Part shown: positions 63,245 to 64,000 of the stretch, in pieces
Numbering within the stretch: position 1 is the stretch's first letter
Layout of the letters: every line of letters begins with the position of its first letter
NCBI RefSeq assembly: GCF_006345805.1
Contig: NC_042998.1
Coordinates: 182,342,001 to 182,406,000 of the forward strand
Direction: 5' to 3'
Length of the DNA stretch: 64,000 bases
Origin: Octopus sinensis
Taxonomy: Eukaryota
Position numbers and translations under genes: made by a program
Notes under the pieces: model-generated
The model's input: the letters and a program-made list of their open reading frames with translations, nothing else
Databases searched by the model: none
What the model was told of the DNA's origin: nothing

Positions 63245-63641
63245 TTTTTTTCTTTGAGTTTAATTCAAGTTATCCTTGCGACAGTTCAAGCCGTTTGCTA
63301 ACAAAGCAACAAAACGTTTTGCGTTGAGTTCCCGGTGTTTGTAAATATGTAGTTGAGTCGCTGTGTTGGTTGAGCTGTCGATGCATACACCCAAGTGTGT
63401 GCATCTCTTCACATAAGAATCTCAGATAGAGAATTAGGGGAATGTCTTACAAATCTTTACTGTGCCACTAATAGATTGGATTTGAAGAAATCGAGTTAGT
63501 TTCTTTTTCCCTGAAACTGAGTATTTCAAGGTTTTTGTGTAAATTTGTTGGTACATAACCTAATGCACCTATGGTAATAGGTACAAATGAGAATTCATAG
63601 TCAGGGTACAAGACTGTAAGTTCTGCTTTAATTTGCCATAA
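63245..63641 (-). pseudogene. Second, diverged 3' fragment of the RLE family seen at 21.2-21.8 kb
   Basis: YGKLKQNL/VLYPDYEFSFVPITIGALGYV...FLQIQSISGTVKICKTF; both ends abut CATA repeats. Confidence 0.72.
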
Positions 63642-63744
63642 TACATATGTATGTATGCATGTATGTATGTATGTATGTATGTATGTATGTATGTATGTAT
63701 GTATGTATGTATGTATGTATGTATGTATGTATGTGTGTGTGAGT

Positions 63745-63792
<48 letters not shown>

Positions 63793-64000
63793 TGAAAACT
63801 GACATTAGATACTTTGATACTTAAATGAATTTCGGCCAGAATTGGCCCTGGCCATGACTAAATTAATAGCACCACCTGGGAAAGACATTTAATGGTATTT
63901 CCTATAACAATCATTCTTTGGGCACCATAATTCAGTTGAGTAAAGAATTATTAGTTGTAGAAATATATCCGGGTGTAGGTAGCTTATCTGGAACTTTTAA

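Noticed and set aside
63451-63510. 60-nt apparent exon with good splice signals
   Set aside because: Lies inside the RLE retroelement fragment (FLQIQSISGTVKI); shows the false-positive rate of by-eye exon calling.

Overview
Eukaryotic, AT-rich, extremely microsatellite-dense DNA ((TA)n, (CA)n, (ATAC)n, (CTAT)n, (AAT)n). The SINE/LINE repertoire looks like a coleoid cephalopod, most likely Octopus; that is inferred from recalled repeat families and was not verified. No conserved host gene is recognisable, and most listed ORFs are microsatellite artefacts. The window is mainly a transposon landscape: a full-length but frameshifted Tx1/L1-clade LINE (36.8-43.0 kb); 5'-truncated Tx1, R4/Dong-like RLE, CR1 and RTE fragments; a mariner pseudogene; Helitron, hAT, pogo, piggyBac and mariner MITEs; and many tRNA-derived SINEs built from interchangeable modules. 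Highlights: (1) several non-LTR retrotransposon families, each bounded by its own microsatellite type (CTAT, TTA, TAA, CATA), with a SINE that shares its 3' stem-loop tail with the Tx1 LINEs; (2) Penelope-type minimal hammerhead ribozyme motifs, including a divergent inverted pair; (3) a ~40-unit 22-bp CpG-rich array of NRF1/Ewg-type TGCGCATGCGCR sites; (4) several long hairpins, one of pre-miRNA size; (5) a low-confidence, phase-compatible chain of small minus-strand exons. All coordinates were read by eye, and element ends are approximate unless a TSD or TIR is quoted.
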